The position numbers and the translations under genes are program-made. The notes beneath the pieces are model-generated. The model saw nothing but the letters and a program-made list of their open reading frames with translations. It was not told the origin of the DNA and ran no database searches. From contig OZ252239.1 in the NCBI GenBank assembly GCA_965249485.1, positions 1,536,001-1,600,000 of the forward strand: DNA of 64,000 nucleotides, read 5' to 3'. Numbering within the stretch: position 1 is the first letter of the stretch; every line of letters begins with the position of its first letter. This document shows positions 30,317-39,944 of the stretch, one piece after another. The DNA comes from a bacterium (GTDB lineage: Bacteria; SM23-31).

Positions 30317-33300
30317 TGGCTACGATTGATATAAAAAGAGCAGCTGCAGTAAACTTGACTCTCAATATTGATACGAGTACCGTATTGGTGAAACGGTTGA
30401 TCGGGCAGGATTATATCAAGGCTGTTTTCAAATCGAATACAGTTCTTGATATCGCTCTTAAAGACTATATCGAATATGGGGGTGTTCAGTACAACGTAAA
30501 CACTCCGCCCGGCGTTATCAAAAGAGGATCCAATTCATACACCTATACCGTCACATTTGAAAGCGAATATTATGATCTTGGGAAGGCAATGTTCCTTGAT
30601 GCTGATGGGAATAGTGAATTCTATCTGACAGGGGACGTTGATGCCTTCATTGATCTTATTGCAACGAATATGAACCGTGACGGATCGGGATGGAGCAGAG
30701 GCACAACGGATCAATCAGATACAGAGTATAAGAACCTGAAGTTCTCCGGAGAAAGCTGCTTCCAGGTATTGAATAGATTGGCAACGGAGTTTCATGGGGA
30801 ATATGATTTTACCGCGAAAGCGATAAATTTTACTGATCAGATTGGAAGTGCGTCCGGGAAAACCCTGCAATACAAATCGGGCTTAAAAACAATAACACGG
30901 GACGCACCCGATAAATCGAATGTCATAACACGGCTATATGGCTGGGGATCAGAAAGGAATATAGGTCCTACGTACCGTGCTGTTGGTGACAGATCCCGAA
31001 GATTGAAATTTGAGGATGGAGTAACGGGCAGCAATTACGAAGAGAATAATATAGGTACGTATGGAGTTATTGAAGGTGAGGAAAGATACGATGATATCTA
31101 CCCGCACCGGAATGGGACTATCTCATGGGTAAATGGAGGAGATGTAACGGTATTCCGAGACAGTGGCATGGATTTCGATGTCAACAGTTATTTACTGCCG
31201 GGAGTCATCGCCGAGATACACTTCCAGTCCGGTGATTTAGCAGGATACAGTTTTAAATTATCATCATATGGTAATGGTGATAAGGAATTCACGATAATCG
31301 CCGAGGAAGATGATCAGGGATATGTGCTGCCGAATGCCACACTGAAGCCAGCTGTAAACGACAAATACACCATTCTCAATATATCAATGCCTGCAAGCTA
31401 TATCGATGCGGCGGAGACGGAGCTTGAAAACAGGATATCTGCTTTACTGGCCATCGTGTCGATTCCGAAAGTTACTTATAAAGTTACGAATGATCATAAG
31501 TATTTTAAAGAGAATAGTCTGTCATTTGGGATTGGGGACACGGTAACCATTCAAGACACCCCCCTGAGCATCAATGTAACAGCCAGAATCACCTCTTTTA
31601 CACAGCAGCTTATAAACCCTTACAAATACACAATAGAGCTCTCAAACAACGTTTCTACGCCTGTTATTCGTCGTGTTGTTGCTTCTCAGGCTGCACAGGG
31701 ATTTGCTCTGCTGAAACAGGAGGATCAACTAAAATCAGACAAATTACTGATCACCGGTGACCGGATCGAATCACTCGCAATTGAAGCAGGTCATATCGAT
31801 GATTTGAGCATCACTACATCAAAACTTGATAATCTTGCTGTAACAACCGCAAAGATTAATGCTCTTGCAGTGACTGCAGCACAGATAGCAAATCTTACCA
31901 TAATAGGTGGAAAGATAGCGAACACTACGATTACAGCAACTCAGATAGCGAGTTTAACAATTACATCGACACAGATTGCAAATGCTACAATAACTGGGGC
32001 GAAGCTCGTTAATTCAACTGTAACAGGCGGGAAAATTGCTAATTCAACTATCACAGGCGGAAAGTTAGCAAATACGACGATTACAGCAGGGAAAATCGCA
32101 AATTTGACGATTACGGCTGCACAGATAGCCAATCTAACAATAACAGGTGGGGCAGCCGGGAAGATTGCTGGCAGTACGATTACAGAGGATAATATTGTAG
32201 CGAATACGATAACAGCTGCATCAATTGCAGCAGGGACGATCACGACAAATGAAATAGCCGCGGGGACAATCGTAGCGGGAGATATTGCTGCCGGAACAAT
32301 CACAGCGGATCGAATTAATGTAGCAAATCTTTCATCGATTGCTGTAGATGCAGGATCAATCATGTCTGGTACAATCACAGGAGCCCTTATTAGGACTTCA
32401 TCAGGTGGGCAGCGAGTCGAGATGGATAACTCTACTAACACTTTGAAGTTCTATACCGGCGGCAAACTGGTGATGTATCTGGATGATAATGTAGGAAATC
32501 TGGGATCTCCTGGAATAATTGGAGCTGGCGGTACGATATACTTATTGGCGACAGGCGGAACGGAAAAAGCATTTATACCTTTATATATTAAAGCATCGGG
32601 CAATTATGGGATCGGGAATTATGGTCCTACGCAATATGGTGCTTTGATTGAGTTCGGAAATGAACCCAGCCCAAGCGGGAATTGCTCGTTACTATTTGGC
32701 GCACTAATTCATATTGACCAATCGACCACAGCAACCGGTATTGCTTGTTACGGATTAGGTATCTACAATACTTGGAAATCAAATGATGAAGCTTATGGTC
32801 TGTATGTGTTTGCTGATAACTCAGGAACTGGTGCTGCATATGGTATTTATATTCCAGCGAAAACGAATATGACATCCCCTATATATTCGCTCGCTACTCA
32901 GGCATCACTATTATCTGGAGATCTGGCTTTGGCTTCCGGGAAGAAATTGGTACTCGATGGATCGGGCGGGAATGATTATCTCATATATACTTCAAGTGAA
33001 ATACAAGCGTTTATTGGCGGGGCTTCAATACTTCAAATAGGAGCTTCTGATGTTTACTCAGCGCAAGACTTTGCAGTTGCTTCTGGAAAGAAGGTGCTCT
33101 TTGATGGGGTTGGGGGAAATGATTATTTTATTTTAAGTGGTGGTTCTTTATTATGGTATTTAGCGGGTTCAAATATTTTTAAAATCGGATCATATGGAAT
33201 GTACTATGCAGGGACAGAATTTGGGATTGGGAATAGTGCTGGTGGATGTGCGGTAGCAATTAAAGCAGGGAATAATTCAAATGCTTTTCTTCTATTAACT

Positions 33301-33510
33301 GGTGATAATGGGGACGATAATGGTGATAAATGGAAAATGTCAACTTCGAGTGTGGGATCGTCCGAGCTTGTCTGGTCAAATGATACTTCTGGGTCGCTCG
33401 TAGAAAAGATGCGTTTATATTCTGATGGGTTAGTAAAATTTACAGGATTAGCAGGAACAGGAACCAGAACAGTAAAAGCCGATGCTAATGGCAAGTTATC
33501 GGCTCCATAA
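30316..33510 (+). CDS. Tail tip/spike protein with 10-aa repeat stalk and C-terminal receptor-binding region
   Basis: VITRLYGWGSERNI, DDIYPHRNG; ITAAQIANLT-type repeats. Confidence 0.85.
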   Translation: MATIDIKRAAAVNLTLNIDTSTVLVKRLIGQDYIKAVFKSNTVLDIALKDYIEYGGVQYNVNTPPGVIKRGSNSYTYTVTFESEYYDLGKAMFLDADGNSEFYLTGDVDAFIDLIATNMNRDGSGWSRGTTDQSDTEYKNLKFSGESCFQVLNRLATEFHGEYDFTAKAINFTDQIGSASGKTLQYKSGLKTITRDAPDKSNVITRLYGWGSERNIGPTYRAVGDRSRRLKFEDGVTGSNYEENNIGTYGVIEGEERYDDIYPHRNGTISWVNGGDVTVFRDSGMDFDVNSYLLPGVIAEIHFQSGDLAGYSFKLSSYGNGDKEFTIIAEEDDQGYVLPNATLKPAVNDKYTILNISMPASYIDAAETELENRISALLAIVSIPKVTYKVTNDHKYFKENSLSFGIGDTVTIQDTPLSINVTARITSFTQQLINPYKYTIELSNNVSTPVIRRVVASQAAQGFALLKQEDQLKSDKLLITGDRIESLAIEAGHIDDLSITTSKLDNLAVTTAKINALAVTAAQIANLTIIGGKIANTTITATQIASLTITSTQIANATITGAKLVNSTVTGGKIANSTITGGKLANTTITAGKIANLTITAAQIANLTITGGAAGKIAGSTITEDNIVANTITAASIAAGTITTNEIAAGTIVAGDIAAGTITADRINVANLSSIAVDAGSIMSGTITGALIRTSSGGQRVEMDNSTNTLKFYTGGKLVMYLDDNVGNLGSPGIIGAGGTIYLLATGGTEKAFIPLYIKASGNYGIGNYGPTQYGALIEFGNEPSPSGNCSLLFGALIHIDQSTTATGIACYGLGIYNTWKSNDEAYGLYVFADNSGTGAAYGIYIPAKTNMTSPIYSLATQASLLSGDLALASGKKLVLDGSGGNDYLIYTSSEIQAFIGGASILQIGASDVYSAQDFAVASGKKVLFDGVGGNDYFILSGGSLLWYLAGSNIFKIGSYGMYYAGTEFGIGNSAGGCAVAIKAGNNSNAFLLLTGDNGDDNGDKWKMSTSSVGSSELVWSNDTSGSLVEKMRLYSDGLVKFTGLAGTGTRTVKADANGKLSAP
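31750..32330 (+). repeat. About 18 degenerate 30-bp (10-aa) repeats, [IV]TxxxIAxxT
   Basis: Visible in the translation of 30316..33510. Confidence 0.85.
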
Positions 33511-33528
33511 TTTAAAAGGAGGTGTATT

Positions 33529-34023
33529 TTGGGATTAAAAGTAACGAATGGTGAGTTGAACAAACAGGTGATGTTGGGTGCGTTTGATTTTTTCATTAAT
33601 GCGGATTTAAACATCGATGAGTATGGCTGGGATGCTCGTATGTTATATAAAGAGTTTGTGGACGGTACAAAGCCATACCTGGATGAGCGTGAAAAGATTA
33701 AAACAATGCACCAAAAGAAAGGAAAAGATGGAAACTTTGTATACCTCGACAATCGTAGTGCGTGCTGGAAATCGGCAAAGGATAAAGAAAAAGCAGAAGA
33801 AAAACTGAAAGTGTTATCTGAACAAAAAGTAACATTCGGAACGGATGCTATTATACTGGCACTTGAAGAGATTCCGTACTATCTGGACAAAGATGGAAAA
33901 GAGCAAAGAGTTCCGCTGGGCACGATGATAGCTTGTGAGCCGTTCATAATTCTTACCAGAGATAAAAACGAAAAAAAGAAAATAGTCGACGAGAGAAACA
34001 AAACAGCAAATCGAGGGAAATAG
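33529..34023 (+). CDS. Hypothetical tail-associated protein
   Basis: AGGAGG SD with TTG start; follows the tail spike gene. Confidence 0.7.
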   Translation: MGLKVTNGELNKQVMLGAFDFFINADLNIDEYGWDARMLYKEFVDGTKPYLDEREKIKTMHQKKGKDGNFVYLDNRSACWKSAKDKEKAEEKLKVLSEQKVTFGTDAIILALEEIPYYLDKDGKEQRVPLGTMIACEPFIILTRDKNEKKKIVDERNKTANRGK

Positions 34024-34044
34024 GTCGAATAGGATGGATTGTTT

Positions 34045-34458
34045 ATGAAAGTGGATATCTACCGGATCGAACGGAACAACCTGTTATCACGTGGAGTCTT
34101 TGTCATTGATGGCGAGGCGTTCTGTGTGTGCCTTGAAAATCCGTGGAAAAACAACGAACCATTTGTGTCGTGCATCCCCTCGGGGACGTACACCGCACGA
34201 CGATTTCAGTCCCCGAAATATGGTGACGTATTTCAGATATATGGCGTTGATGGCAGGTCGTTAATACTGATCCACTGGGGCAATTATGAGCGCAATACAC
34301 AAGGTTGTATACTCATTGCACGGAACTATGCTGCAATGAACGGAGAGAGGGCTATAGCGGCATCAAAAGCGGTGTTCAATGAATTCATGAAGCGGATGGA
34401 AGGCGTGGATGAATTTGAGATTGAGTTTCATGATGTTGGGGTGTTGGAAGCTGCTTGA
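34045..34458 (+). CDS. DUF5675-family putative endolysin
   Basis: LENPW..N...SCIP.GTY, GRS.ILIH.GN...TQGCIL. Confidence 0.8.
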   Translation: MKVDIYRIERNNLLSRGVFVIDGEAFCVCLENPWKNNEPFVSCIPSGTYTARRFQSPKYGDVFQIYGVDGRSLILIHWGNYERNTQGCILIARNYAAMNGERAIAASKAVFNEFMKRMEGVDEFEIEFHDVGVLEAA

Positions 34459-34492
34459 TATGAAATGTCTATTTACATTAGTTAAAATTACT

Positions 34493-34756
34493 TTAATCCC
34501 AAAATGTATCTGGTAATTTAAACTTTCTTTGTATTGCTTTCTGCATAGATACCGAGTATTCCTGATTCTCATTGCGACATTTTATAGGATAGTGAATTCC
34601 GGAATCCATATGATGTAACATTCTATGGCTGCCCTTTCCTCTTCCTCCTTTTTTCATTACCACAATGCCGAATTCGCTCAATACTTTAATTAGGACTCGA
34701 TATTTTCTTGGTGAAGGTTGAGAGGAATTAGCAAGTAGCAGCATGAGCATATTCAA
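34493..34756 (-). CDS. hicA: HicA-family toxin
   Basis: GKGSH motif in a small basic protein. Confidence 0.75.
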   Translation of the reverse strand: MNMLMLLLANSSQPSPRKYRVLIKVLSEFGIVVMKKGGRGKGSHRMLHHMDSGIHYPIKCRNENQEYSVSMQKAIQRKFKLPDTFWD

Positions 34757-35138
34757 CTTCTTTTATAATATTTGTACCAAAGGGAAATTTGATTTCGGGG
34801 AATTTCGGATTGGCTTTTCTGGCTACTCTTGTGCCATTAACAAATTTCTGCCAATATTCGATTGGAGCGGGAGTTACAATATTTTCCAATGTACCTGCTT
34901 GTATAGCAAAGCTGATGTTATCCATGAGAGCAGTAAGTATATTTTCTTTCGCTTCACTCTCAGTTTTACCATCGGCAACAATATCGTATTCTAATGCGTG
35001 TGCAACAACAATATCTCCTTCTGTTCCTAACATTATATGTGCTCTTATGGCTATTAAGAATCCATCTTTAACTGTTTTTGTCTGAATAGCTTTCTCAACC
35101 GCACTTCGCATTAAATTCTCGACCTGCTGTGCCTTCAT
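34728..35138 (-). CDS. hicB: HicB-like antitoxin
   Basis: AHALEYDIVADGKTESEAKENI; upstream of hicA. Confidence 0.7.
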   Translation of the reverse strand: MKAQQVENLMRSAVEKAIQTKTVKDGFLIAIRAHIMLGTEGDIVVAHALEYDIVADGKTESEAKENILTALMDNISFAIQAGTLENIVTPAPIEYWQKFVNGTRVARKANPKFPEIKFPFGTNIIKEVEYAHAATC

Positions 35139-35399
35139 TATTTTGATCCACCCTTGTTAGTTGATTGGTATAAGTGTTATCGGCTTATATCTGTTTATTA
35201 TACAGTATAAAATGTGAAATTATTCAAATTTGGGATTTGAGCCGTTTGATTGTTTCAATACTGCCAAAAAGAAAGTATAGTAACAACCGTCTTTCTGTTT
35301 GTTAAACATGGATTAATGGTACTTGTGGTATACAGATAGGGCCGGTTGTTGAATTACTTAAATACATGTGGACTGTTAACGAAATTTAAAATCTTTGCT

Positions 35400-35428
35400 A
35401 ATATAATGATTTTCTACAATTAATACAA
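35400..35428 (-). promoter_or_regulatory. Sigma70-type promoter TTGTAT-N17-TATATT (module 1)
   Basis: Near-identical copy at 39479-39507. Confidence 0.6.
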
Positions 35429-35545
35429 TTGTAATTCGATGCTTTGTCTATTAATTTAACTCCAACATGACATTATAAGGTTCCAAATTTTTAAAAACAA
35501 GCGATATTTTATTGTCAACTATATTTTTGTTTTGAATTAGAAACA

Positions 35546-35632
35546 TCACCTAAACCTAATATACCCGGGTTTCTCAATCAGTTTATGATCTTTCCAGAAA
35601 TAAGCAATATCTTCTATGAACTCAACGACTAA
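35546..35632 (-). pseudogene. 3' remnant of the 99-aa module gene
   Basis: VVEFIEDIAYFWKDHKLIEKPGYIRFR matches the end of 39632..39931. Confidence 0.8.
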
Positions 35633-35812
35633 CGAGGCATTCATGGTGTTTATCAACATGTAAGCAAAGAACACTTGAAAAACTACTTGCATGAGTTCAA
35701 TTTTCGTTATAACTTTCGGTACTTTCCAGACAGCCATCGCACTATAAATGCCATTAAGGGTTTTGAAAGAAAGAGGTTGATGTACCGGGACTCATCCGGT
35801 GTAACCAACTAA
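35633..35812 (+). pseudogene. IS1595-family transposase C-terminal fragment
   Basis: Manual translation RGIHGVYQHVSKEHLKNYLHEFNFRYN...KRLMYRD*. Confidence 0.8.
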
Positions 35813-35838
35813 AAAAATCCAATATAATAGTATAAATC

Positions 35839-36144
35839 ATGCAATCACAAAACAATTACGGTTCTGTTGAGGGAAGATTGAGGGTGATTTCCGAACGTAA
35901 AAGTTTGAGGTTTTTTGTTGATGATGACTTGACGAGTAAATCAATCGCATGCTATTTTAAAGAAGAAAACATTAATGACGTACTCTCTGCATTCAGAAAG
36001 CGAGTATCAGTATATGGATTAATAATGTACAAATCTCATGGAGAGCCGTATTCGTTGAAAGTTGAACGATTTAGAGTGTTGAAAGACAAGGACGATTTAC
36101 CCACAATAAATGATGTCTTGGGGATATTGAAGAAAGATGGATAA
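35839..36144 (+). CDS. Hypothetical protein (probable PIN-toxin partner, possibly N-truncated)
   Basis: GSVEGRL..IS...; overlaps the PIN gene. Confidence 0.55.
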   Translation: MQSQNNYGSVEGRLRVISERKSLRFFVDDDLTSKSIACYFKEENINDVLSAFRKRVSVYGLIMYKSHGEPYSLKVERFRVLKDKDDLPTINDVLGILKKDG

Positions 36145-36346
36145 ATTAATCCGCTACTGGGATAGTGATTGTTTTCTGGGGTGGTTCAATGAAGAATGGG
36201 ACAAAATAGATCAATGCAAAGGTGTGCTTACCAAAGCTCAGAACGGAGAATTGATAATTGTTACATCTGCCCTTACATTGACTGAAGTTTTAAAGGTTAC
36301 CGATGATGACTCACTGAAGAATAATGATTTTGAAGGAACTACTTGA
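36137..36346 (+). pseudogene. Truncated PIN/VapC-domain toxin
   Basis: YWDSDCFLGWF...IVTSALTLTEV; C-terminal half absent. Confidence 0.7.
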
Positions 36347-37167
36347 AAGCTAATCCTAAAATAGCGGTCATCAACCCGGAGAGAATAAAAGACGTAAAGA
36401 TAAACCAGATTTACGTTGCAGACTGCGTGGATTTCATGCGGGGAATGAAATCTGATTACATTGATTTGACCGTTACATCTCCACCCTACGATAAATTAAG
36501 AGATTATAAAGGATACTCCTTTAACTTTGAGGCTATCGCAACCGAACTTCTCCGTGTTACAAAAGAAGGAGGAGTGATTGTCTGGGTAGTTGGAGACAAG
36601 ATGAACGGAGGGCGAACTCTTACAAGTTTCCGACAGGGTATATTCTTTCAGGAAATCGGGTTCAACATGCACGACGTGATGATTTACCAGAAAAAGAATA
36701 CACCGTTCATGCGCAGCAACGCTTACACTAACGCCTATGAGTTTATGTTTGTCTTGAGTAAAGGAAGCCCAAAAACCTTTAACGCAAGGAAGGAAAAGAC
36801 CGTGCGGAGTGGGTATGAAATGGTGGTTCATAACAAAGGGTCTGACGCCATAAACAAGAAGGTTCTCAAGGAACTAAAGAAAGAAAAAACCCGAACTAAT
36901 ATCTGGGCGTATGCCGTGGGCATGGGTGGGACTACTTCAGACAAGATTGCTTTCAAACATCCGGCGGTGTTCCCCGAAAATCTTGCTGGCGACCATATTT
37001 TGTCGTGGACAAACGAAGGCGACCTTGTTTTCGACCCTATGTGTGGTTCAGGAACTACATGCAAAATGGCTCTCTTGAATCGAAGAAACTATATCGGTGT
37101 AGACATATCTGCAGAGTACATAGAAATAACAGAACAGAGACTACGGAAATTCAAAAATGTTAAATGA
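36343..37167 (+). CDS. Beta-class amino-DNA methyltransferase (SPPY, probably m4C)
   Basis: LTVTSPPY ... HPAVFP ... DPMCGSGTT. Confidence 0.9.
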   Translation: MKANPKIAVINPERIKDVKINQIYVADCVDFMRGMKSDYIDLTVTSPPYDKLRDYKGYSFNFEAIATELLRVTKEGGVIVWVVGDKMNGGRTLTSFRQGIFFQEIGFNMHDVMIYQKKNTPFMRSNAYTNAYEFMFVLSKGSPKTFNARKEKTVRSGYEMVVHNKGSDAINKKVLKELKKEKTRTNIWAYAVGMGGTTSDKIAFKHPAVFPENLAGDHILSWTNEGDLVFDPMCGSGTTCKMALLNRRNYIGVDISAEYIEITEQRLRKFKNVK

Positions 37168-37768
37168 GTGGGTTGTATGTGTCGAAGGAAAGGGGAGGAA
37201 GCACGAAGACGGGAAACCGGCTAAACGAACAAGAGCGTTTGAAGCTGATTCAGTCGGGTTAGTCAAAGATATTACGGGAGATTCAGTTGTTGTCTGGCTA
37301 ATCGGAAGGGATGAAACATGGACGATTCCCGCAAGTGAAGTTAAGCAAATCGATGTCAATAAGACAGGAGATAAACACTCAAAGAAGATTTGCAATATCT
37401 GTCATCGTTTGCTTCCGGTATCCAAGTTTGACAAAAACCAAACCAACCAACATGGAATAATTCGTCGCCCCAGCTGTACTAAATGCCGAACTGATATTGA
37501 CAAGCGGGCTCCCAAGAGTCAGCAAGCCAAGCAGATGGAAAGACAACGACCTAAGAAATGCTCGCCATTCAAATGTCCTATCTGCCAAAAGCGTTCGATT
37601 GTGGGGATAACTGCAAGGATTGTTGCCGACCATGACCACCACACAGGCAATATAAGAGACTTCATTTGCGATAGTTGTAATACTGGACTTGGCAGATTTA
37701 AGAATGGCGAAAACTGTCTTAAGAATGCTGTGATTTACATAGAAGAAAGGGACACTCTGAATGCATAG
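37157..37768 (+). CDS. Hpy99I-like type II restriction endonuclease (beta-beta-alpha-Me)
   Basis: KKICNICH, RPSCTKCR, CPICQKRSIVG, DHDH.TG..R..ICDSCNTGLGRF. Confidence 0.8.
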   Translation: MLNEWVVCVEGKGRKHEDGKPAKRTRAFEADSVGLVKDITGDSVVVWLIGRDETWTIPASEVKQIDVNKTGDKHSKKICNICHRLLPVSKFDKNQTNQHGIIRRPSCTKCRTDIDKRAPKSQQAKQMERQRPKKCSPFKCPICQKRSIVGITARIVADHDHHTGNIRDFICDSCNTGLGRFKNGENCLKNAVIYIEERDTLNA

Positions 37769-37937
37769 TTTTTTATTTATGTATATAATTCCCCTATAAT
37801 TATTATATATATATATTATAGTAGTTAATATACTACGTAGATAGTATTATTATTACTACTACTTGACTCTTAACTTTTGTAATGTATTTAATTAGTATGT
37901 ACATGCCATGTCAACTTGCCTCCAGCAATTTGGCTAC

Positions 37938-37974
37938 AGGGGCGACTCTAAAGTTTAGATGTCGCCCTCTTTTT
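37938..37974 (+). terminator. Intrinsic terminator between convergent RM and nuclease genes
   Basis: GGGCGAC.TCTAAA/TTTAGA.GTCGCCC followed by TCTTTTT. Confidence 0.7.
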
Positions 37975-37975
37975 G

Positions 37976-38644
37976 TTATTCCTGAGGCGGCTTACACACA
38001 CTGCAAGCAGAAAATTGCCCCTTTGCTATATCAAGAGAAATAGGAATTGAACTTCTACTCAGATACCTACAGCCTGCTTTGTGATATTTGCTGCCGGTTC
38101 TCGTTCTATAAACAGTAATAGATTTTTTTTCTTCTGTAACAGTCGGCTTAGGTGCAGGTGTACTAACTATTGTTGTCGTTACATCTTCATTCCAAAGCCC
38201 TACATTGTTCCTCTGCGCTTCACCCTGTAAATGCTGAAACACCTCAACATATTTCACATTCGGTGGATATGTAAAAACCTGAGCATAGCCGTTTTGAACA
38301 AGCCACGCATTCGCAAAAATATCACCATACTCCGCAGGAACAAAGACATATGCTAATAATCTGCCATATTGATCGCGTTCCTGCACATCGATTTCGAGTC
38401 TTATTGATTTACCTTCAATGAGATTTTTTGTGGCTTCTGATGCTTCTTTCCCATAATATTCAACAGGTTTTGAAGGATGAACAGTTTCAGGTGTATCAAC
38501 ACCGATCAGCCGAACAGTCTCCCCATTATCGATTTCGAATGTATCGCCATCGATTACCCGGATGACGGTATGGTATTCCTGGGCGATGGCAGGCAAGAAG
38601 GTAAGGCAAAAGATAATTAATACAGCTGCTGTTTTTAATTTCAT
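37976..38644 (-). CDS. Secreted thermonuclease (SNase) 1, with C-terminal Cys/His metal-binding domain
   Basis: Signal peptide; DGDT, RLIGVDTPE, DQYGRLLAYV; TGSKYH..GC..L...CSVCKP. Confidence 0.9.
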   Translation of the reverse strand: MKLKTAAVLIIFCLTFLPAIAQEYHTVIRVIDGDTFEIDNGETVRLIGVDTPETVHPSKPVEYYGKEASEATKNLIEGKSIRLEIDVQERDQYGRLLAYVFVPAEYGDIFANAWLVQNGYAQVFTYPPNVKYVEVFQHLQGEAQRNNVGLWNEDVTTTIVSTPAPKPTVTEEKKSITVYRTRTGSKYHKAGCRYLSRSSIPISLDIAKGQFSACSVCKPPQE

Positions 38645-38671
38645 GATGTGGCGGTGCTGGAAGCTGCTTAA
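38639..38671 (+). repeat. Diverged copy of the endolysin 3' end (34426-34458)
   Basis: 29/33 identity; FHDVAVLEAA* versus FHDVGVLEAA*. Confidence 0.85.
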
Positions 38672-38685
38672 TAATAATTTGAATA

Positions 38686-39091
38686 TTAGGCTATATATTT
38701 TGATTCTCTTTCAAGTCTACGTTGTCTGCTACCATAAATAAACGATCCAACAAGAGAAACCAATGTACCACCAAATAGTACCATTCCTGCTCTATCATGC
38801 CCATTCATTGTAAGGAATATTCCCCCACCTATACCGGCAAGAGAAATAACTAATGCAAAGACCAATCCTAACTTACTTTCAAATGATCCGGATTTAATCA
38901 CTTGTTTTTCCATTTCTTGGCGATGCGAACTTTGCTTGACGAAGGTGTCCATAATTGTTTTGGCAGCACCTGGGCAAACTTCTTCATATTTTTGGAATTG
39001 TCCAGCAGGGGGTAATGGTCCGGAATAAGATTGGGCGATTGCAACTGCACGGTTCTGCAGTTGTTGTTTTGGTTTATTTATTCTTCGCCAT
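38686..39091 (-). pseudogene. DUF2335-like membrane protein, frameshifted after codon ~5
   Basis: YSGPLPP...YEEVCPGAAKTIM plus two TM helices; the ATG at 39091 is out of frame by one base in an A run. Confidence 0.7.
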
Positions 39092-39302
39092 TCAACAGGA
39101 GAGCATTTTCTTCTTCAAAATTCAAGAAAGAATCGAATAGATCGTCACCAACAGCTTTCCAATCCGAACGGATAGCATTTTCGTCTGCTTCCTCTTCAGT
39201 CAGAGAGTTATTATAGACGGTAAGTGTGTTACCAAGATCAATTGCTCTTGCCACACCTCCAACAAAGTTTGGTACGGCAAATAGGAAAAACGTTCCACCC
39301 AT
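39078..39302 (-). CDS. Small protein upstream of the DUF2335-like gene
   Basis: FLFA.P.F..GVAR..D...YN.S...EAD..AI.SDW..GDDL; paralog at 42782. Confidence 0.75.
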   Translation of the reverse strand: MGGTFFLFAVPNFVGGVARAIDLGNTLTVYNNSLTEEEADENAIRSDWKAVGDDLFDSFLNFEEENALLLNGEE

Positions 39303-39478
39303 GATATTCTCAACTTTTATAATGTATATCGGCCTAAATCAATCAATCGATTAATTTCAAAGCACGTTTATATGATCGGTTTATTAAATTTGCACCAATA
39401 CGGATTTGGTACATAGATAGGGCCGGTTGTTGTATTATTTTATTTAGTCGTGGACTAATAACTATTTAAAAGTACTTT

Positions 39479-39507
39479 AATATAATGATTTTCTACAATT
39501 AATGCAA
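39479..39507 (-). promoter_or_regulatory. Sigma70-type promoter TTGCAT-N17-TATATT (module 2)
   Basis: Near-identical to 35400-35428. Confidence 0.6.
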
Positions 39508-39631
39508 TTACAATTGTCAACTATTTTTTTTCTTTACAATTTAATCTCTTTGTAGTTAACACTAATATAACACCATTTAGTTCCAAAACAAGCGAAAATT
39601 GTGAACCGTTTATTTTCATTATAATATGAAT

Positions 39632-39931
39632 TCACTTCCTAAACCTAATATACCCCGGCTTCTCCACCAGCTTCCCATCCTTCCAGAAATAAGCGATATC
39701 TTCAATGAATTCCACTACTATCGGGTCCCGGAATACCTCATGATCATCTTCGAACACATGCACCATTTGCAGGTACAGAATTGCTTTGTCTCTGGCTCCG
39801 AATCGATCATCTTCAGTCACGCCCCATATATTGTTGAACAGCTGAATATAGAGTTTGATCGGTTTTACCCAGCAGTCCGGAGGCTGCGGGAACATGGCTG
39901 AAGTGCCTATTATTTTTGAGAGACCTGGCAT
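39632..39931 (-). CDS. Conserved 99-aa hypothetical protein downstream of the thermonuclease
   Basis: Only intact copy; fragments at 35546 and 43190. Confidence 0.75.
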   Translation of the reverse strand: MPGLSKIIGTSAMFPQPPDCWVKPIKLYIQLFNNIWGVTEDDRFGARDKAILYLQMVHVFEDDHEVFRDPIVVEFIEDIAYFWKDGKLVEKPGYIRFRK

Positions 39932-39944
39932 GAAATCCCAGTGG

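Larger units (their letters stand above)
35633..37794 (+). mobile_element. Truncated IS1595-family element with passenger genes
   Basis: Transposase tail, co-oriented passengers, and an ATAATTCCC end at ~37785-37794 (GGnnATTAT-type end on the reverse strand). Confidence 0.5.

Noticed and set aside
31750..32330. CRISPR-like periodicity
   Set aside because: The repeats are degenerate, in-frame coding 30-mers without spacers, and there are no cas genes
11257..33752. Numerous minus-strand ORFs overlapping structural genes
   Set aside because: Antisense shadows of well-supported plus-strand genes, with no motifs or SDs
30316..34023. Diversity-generating retroelement or shufflon acting on the tail spike
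   Set aside because: No reverse transcriptase, no template/variable repeat pair and no invertase or inverted cassettes seen
35546..35737. 63-aa minus-strand ORF as a real gene
   Set aside because: It is a chimera of the IS1595 antisense strand and the 3' remnant of the 99-aa gene
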